The position numbers and the translations under genes were made by a program. The notes below the pieces were generated by a model. That model worked only from the letters and a program-made list of their open reading frames with translations. It made no database searches and was not told the origin of the DNA. Shown here piece by piece: positions 59,357 to 64,000 of a stretch of DNA of 64,000 bases; the first letter of the stretch is position 1, and each line of letters begins with the position of its first letter. Source of the stretch: Macrostomum hystrix (lineage: Eukaryota > Animalia > Platyhelminthes); contig CATNEN010000010.1 in the NCBI GenBank assembly GCA_950097015.1, positions 2,170,001-2,234,000 on the forward strand, written 5' to 3'.

Positions 59357-61697
59357 ATGGAGGAGTGGCAGCACCAGGAGCAGCATTATGTGATTATGGC
59401 CAATGACCTTCTGGCGAATCTTGACCTGCCCGGCCGAATCGACTGTCTGGACGACGTTGGGCCAGAGCTTCTGGTTGAGCTGTTCGAGGCTGTCTGTTGC
59501 GACTGCTCGGTGGGCCTAATTCGGCCAGCTGTCACTGAGGTGAGATGTTTTATTGTTTTGTTAGATTGCTACAGTTTTGCAACAGTAATTCTGTACTATT
59601 AGCTTCACTCCTCATGTCTATGGGAGTTGCCAATGTTGTAATTTTTTATGTACATTCTTTTATTGCTGTTTGTAAATGATTCAAATTTTAGTACCTGTGG
59701 TGGACAATTATTGAATTATTAGGCTCACTCCATCAATCATTACATTTTTAGCTACACTCTAAATTCCATGGGGTTGTCTTGAATTCTATTTTTAGCTAAA
59801 ATCTATTTCATGGGGTTGCCAATAGTTCTTTTTTTAGCTACACTCTATTCCATGGGGTTGCCAGTCGTTCTATTTTTAGCGACACTATTTCGTGGGATTG
59901 CCAATAGTTCTATATTTAGCTACACTCTATTCCATGGGTTTGCCAATAGTTCTATATTTAGCTACACTCTATTCCATGGGGTTGCCAATAGTTCTATATT
60001 TAGCTACACTCTATTCCATGGGGCAACCCATAGTTATATTTCTCGCATTCAATTCTACTTTAAGCTTATTGCGCGTTTATTCCCCGCCTAATCATAGGCC
60101 GACTTGAAGCACAACCTGGCTAGCATAATCGACTGCCTGGCCAACGATATTCTTCACGTGTCTCTGTCGCACATTCGGCCGGCAGACATCATAGCCGGCA
60201 ATTGCGAGGCTATCCGCAACCTGCTGGAGATTTTTCACGGCCTAATGGAATTTCTGCTGGGCAGATCCGAAAGTAACAAAGCCGACGACAGACCTGCTGG
60301 TAGCCTGCTTTTAGAGGTAGTTCACATTAGCAGATTTTTTGGCTTATTTCTATGTTGCCTTTTTAAGGAGTACATGTTGCGTAATCACTGGAACAATTCA
60401 TTGCCTAGGCTAATCCAGAGCAGACACAGCAGCAGCAGCCTACAGGCCAGCGGAAGGACAGCCGCAAGCTGCACAAGCGGCTGCGCCACCAGCGGCTGCA
60501 CCACCTGTACCACCACTTCAGTCCGTCTCTGGCACAGAATCTCAGCAAGCCGGCCAGCAAACGGGACGCTGCAACCAGCCCGGCTGCGGCTTCTTTGCTG
60601 AAGGAGAACAAGCAGCAGCAACAGCACTGCCATCGCCAACTGGCGAACCAGCTGGAGCGCATTGCTGGCCAGGCAGCCGAGATTAACGAGATGGCCAGGC
60701 GGCTGGCCGATCTGAGACCTTCGCCGAAGTCCAGCCCTCGTCCCGCTGACTGTCCTGCTCAGCGCGAGCAGCGGGCTCTGCAGCTGCTGCAGACTCCGCT
60801 GCCGGCTGCTGCTGATTCTGCGGCTAACGGAGACACAAGCGATGAAGGCATTGTGCAGGTGGGTTTGATTTAATTTGAATGACAGGTGGGATTAATAAGT
60901 TGGGGAAAGGTAGGTAGGATAAATGAGTAGGGAATAAAAAAATGTAAGATAAACTAGTCGGGAAATACATGTAAGATAAATTAGTGGTTATATACAGTTG
61001 GGATAAATTAGTGGGATATACAGTTGGGATAAATTAGTGGGGATATACAGTTGGGATAAATTAGTGGGGATATACAGGTGGGATAAATTAGTGGGGATAT
61101 ACAGTTGGGATAAATGAGTAGGATAATTAAGTAGAGACACGCAGGTTAGTTAAGGCTCATAAAAAATCCATTCTTGATTTCTTAATTCAGGACCGGTCTC
61201 CGTGTGAAACTGCTCAAAACAGTCGGCAGAAGGAGTCGCAGCAGCAGCAGCATCGGGACCCTCAGCAGCAGCAGCAGCAGCGGCGACTTCGCATTGACCA
61301 GGTCGCCTGGCTGCCGCAGCCAACGCCGGCTGGCAACGGAGCTGCTCAAGCGGCTGCTGCGGGCTCCAAGAGGCTTGAGCCTCGCGTTCGCGTCCAGCCC
61401 CCGGTGCAGCCGCCGCCCCAGCGCAGGCGCCGATCTGCCGCCGCCGAAGCCAGCGCCGTCGATGATGCAGCCGCGGTGAAGGGTCGCCTGGCGCTCCTAG
61501 CCGAGCTGCTGGCCAGCGAGCGGCGCCAACTGCGACGTCGCGAGGCAGCCCACGAGCGCCTGCTTCGCAGCCTGGCTGGCGACCTGCGTCGCGGACGACG
61601 TCGAGACGATTTCGACTACTTGTTGGCGGAGGACGAGGACTCGATCATTAGCCTGCTCTGCGGCGGCGGCCCGATAGGAAATGCTGTTCATTTTTGA
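59357..61697 (+). CDS. CEP95: CEP95-like centrosomal protein, ~452 aa. Exons 59357-59539, 60098-60316, 60409-60858, 61191-61697
   Basis: N-terminal ..YVIMANDLL..IIDCLANDILHVSLSHI..AIRNLLEIFHGLMEFL matches the CEP95 N-terminal domain as I recall it. All introns are phase 0, GT-AG. Later exons are low-complexity and less certain. Confidence 0.75.
59745..60030. repeat. ~43-bp intronic tandem repeat (tagctacactctattccatggggttgccaatagttctatattt), ~6 copies
   Basis: Direct reading; CEP95 intron 1. Confidence 0.9.
60975..61110. repeat. 26-27 bp tandem repeat (tatacagttgggataaattagtggg(g)a), ~5 copies
   Basis: Direct reading; CEP95 intron 3. Confidence 0.88.
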
Positions 61698-62517
61698 CAA
61701 GTTGAATGTTGAAATCGCTCTGCGCTACTTATGAGTAGTACAGTTTGAGGGAACATTTCTGCTCTCCTTCATGAGGTAAAAATTGACAAGTCTCGCTTAA
61801 GCTTCGATGTTGTGTCATTGTGCATTGAGAACTGCTTTGAGTCAGTTGTTTTGTTAATCTGCCATTTCTATTTTTCTAAGCCGCAGCTCAATTACCAGTA
61901 ACTTTTGTGTACATAATATATCACTTTTCCGATCTGATATACCTATCTATACATTTCTATTTTTGTCCCTGGTCTTAACAACCCAACTCTTGGATTGAAA
62001 TGATGTGGCAATTTTTCCGGCATTTCGTATTCTCTGTTTACGGCCCGCGGGTCGATTTCAAGACCCAGTTTACACTTTTTGGCATTTTCTGCACTTCTGT
62101 CTGGTACATGCAGCTACCGTATTTAATGCATTATAACTCCCCGCATTACCCGACTGAATCTGTTTCTATTTTCTAAAAAAAATGATTATAAAAATTGCAT
62201 TTTCTCATTCAATACGCAAATCGCACTTATTTTCCTAACGGTGTACTTGACTGTCGTTTGCAGTTTTTTTCCAAACACATTTATTCTCTCCGCTTGCGCT
62301 TCGATTAATTTGGCATCGACATAAACTAATTTACCCTAAAAACCAGCTTCTTCGACTGTTTTATGACTTTTTTAATTAACTGCGCTTGTGATTCGCTGGA
62401 ATTGAGGGCAGTTACGGATAATGTAGACACGATGGTTCACTAGCAATGAGGAGAAATCATATGAAAGAGGAAATTAGACAGGTAATGGTAGTAGACGCAG
62501 GGTAATTGATGGGTAAG

Positions 62518-62642
62518 GTAGTAGACAGGCAGTGTGATAGACAGGCAGTGTAGTAGACAGGCAGTGTAGTAGACAGGCAGTGTAGTAGACAGGCAGTGTA
62601 GTAGACAGGCAGTGTAGTAGACAGGTAGTGTAGTAGACAGGT
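62518..62642. repeat. 16-bp tandem repeat (agacaggcagtgtagt), ~7 copies
   Basis: Direct reading. Confidence 0.9.
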
Positions 62643-62649
62643 GGGGAGG

Positions 62650-63702
62650 ATACAGTTGGCTAGTAGGCAGGGGTGTAGTATACAGTTGGCTAGTAGGCAG
62701 GTGTGTAGTATACAGTTGGCTAGTAGGCAGGTGTGTAGTATACAGTTGGGTTAGTAGACAGGTGTGTAGTATACAGTTGGGCTAGTAGGCAGGTGTGTAG
62801 TATACAGTTGGCTAGTAGGCAGGTGTGTAGTATACAGTTGGCTAGTAGGCAGGTGTGTAGTATACAGTTGGCTAGTAGGCAGGTGTGTAGTATACAGTTG
62901 GGCTAGTAGGCAGGTGTGTAGTATACAGTTGGGCTAGTAGGCAGGTGTGTAGTATACAGTTGGCTAGTAGGCAGGTGTGTAGTATACAGTTGGGTTAGTA
63001 GACAGGTGTGTAGTATACAGTTGGCTAGTAGGCAGGTGTGTAGTATACAGTTGGCTAGTAGGCAGGTGTGTAGTATACAGTTGGGCTAGTAGGCAGGTGT
63101 GTAGTATACAGTTGGGCTAGTAGGCAGGTGTGTAGTATACAGTTGGCTAGTAGGCAGGTGTGTAGTATACAGTTGGCTAGTAGGCAGGTGTGTAGTATAC
63201 AGTTGGCTAGTAGGCAGGTGTGTAGTATACAGTTGGGCTAGTAGGCAGGTGTGTAGTATACAGTTGGGCTAGTAGGGCAGGTGTGTAGTATACAGTTGGC
63301 TAGTAGGCAGGTGTGTAGTATACAGTTGGGGTTAGTAGACAGGTGTGTAGTATACAGTTGGCTAGTAGGCAGGTGTGTAGTATACAGTTGGCTAGTAGGC
63401 AGGTGTGTAGTATACAGTTGGGCTAGTAGGCAGGTGTGTAGTATACAGTTGGGCTAGTAGGCAGGTGTGTAGTATACAGTTGGCTAGTAGGCAGGTGTGT
63501 AGTATACAGTTGGTTAGTAGGCAGGTGTGTAGTATACAGTTGGGCTAGTAGGCAGGTGTGTAGTATACAGTTGGGCTAGAGGTGTGTAGTATACAGTTGG
63601 CTAGTAGGCAGGTGTGTAGTATACAGTTGGCTAGTAGGCAGGTGTGTAGTATACAGTTGGGCTAGTAGGCAGGTGTGTAGTATACAATTGGCTAGTAGGC
63701 AG
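62650..63702. repeat. 30/31-bp minisatellite (ggcaggtgtgtagtatacagttg(g)gctagta), ~34 copies
   Basis: Direct reading. Confidence 0.95.
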
Positions 63703-63755
63703 TTGAGGTAACTAACCTGTTGGCCCAGATGAGTACAGTTAGATTCATCTCACAG

Positions 63756-64000
63756 TGGCAGACCCGACATGCTATCGCCGCGCGACTGAATTCCAGAACA
63801 TGAGCGTCTCCCTGTCGCAGATTCTGGACCGCAAGCTCCGATTGGACTCGGTGCTGTCTTCGTCCTCGTCAGCGGCGGCTGGCGGCTCGCAGAAGCAGCG
63901 GCCGCTGGGCGATCACCTGCAGCAGCAGCAGCGGTCCAATCGCAGCCTGTCTCGCAAGGGCAGCTGCCCAGGCCTGCTGGAGGTCAGCCAGGTCACGAAT
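63756..64000 (+). CDS. Probable coding exon of an unidentified gene, open to the window edge (..ADPTCYRRATEFQNMSVSLSQILDRKLRLDS..RKGSCPGLLEVSQVTN)
   Basis: Acceptor catctcacag at 63746-63755, an abrupt switch to GC-rich coding-like composition, and one open frame to the end. No family recognised. Confidence 0.5.

Noticed and set aside
1-64000. A general programmed-recoding system explaining all three frameshifts
   Set aside because: The three sites share no motif, and similar one-base insertions occur in non-coding satellites; assembly error is more parsimonious.

Overview
Eukaryotic (metazoan) genomic DNA: GC-rich spliced exons separated by AT-rich introns full of minisatellites. Gene set, codon usage and repeat-stuffed introns suggest a free-living flatworm such as Macrostomum lignano; this is inference, not shown by the sequence. 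I could build frame-consistent exon chains for six genes: the 5' part of a divergent IP3-receptor-like channel (minus, runs off the left edge), IQUB, ODAD1/CCDC114-CCDC63-like, a full-length dynein-2 heavy chain DYNC2H1 (minus, 16 exons, ~4283 aa), TBC1D16-like, and a short CEP95-like gene. An unidentified exon lies at the right edge. Four of the six genes are cilium/centriole genes. Between DYNC2H1 and TBC1D16, a FLYWCH/MULE (Phantom-like) transposon is nested inside a decayed Tc1/IS630-type transposon. Two tRNA-derived SINE families occur (4 + 2 copies; one has a CORE-like domain), plus more than a dozen tandem arrays. Three single-base (+1) frameshifts interrupt otherwise intact genes. They are most simply long-read consensus errors, but one reads as the antizyme +1 shift site UCC-UGA-UGC. 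There is no CRISPR array, rRNA or true tRNA gene, and no clearly new system is demonstrated. Best leads: the ciliary cluster with possible polycistronic/trans-spliced pairs, the remodelled IP3 pocket, the CORE-like SINE, the CCAAT/telomere-repeat array before CEP95, and the antizyme-like site.
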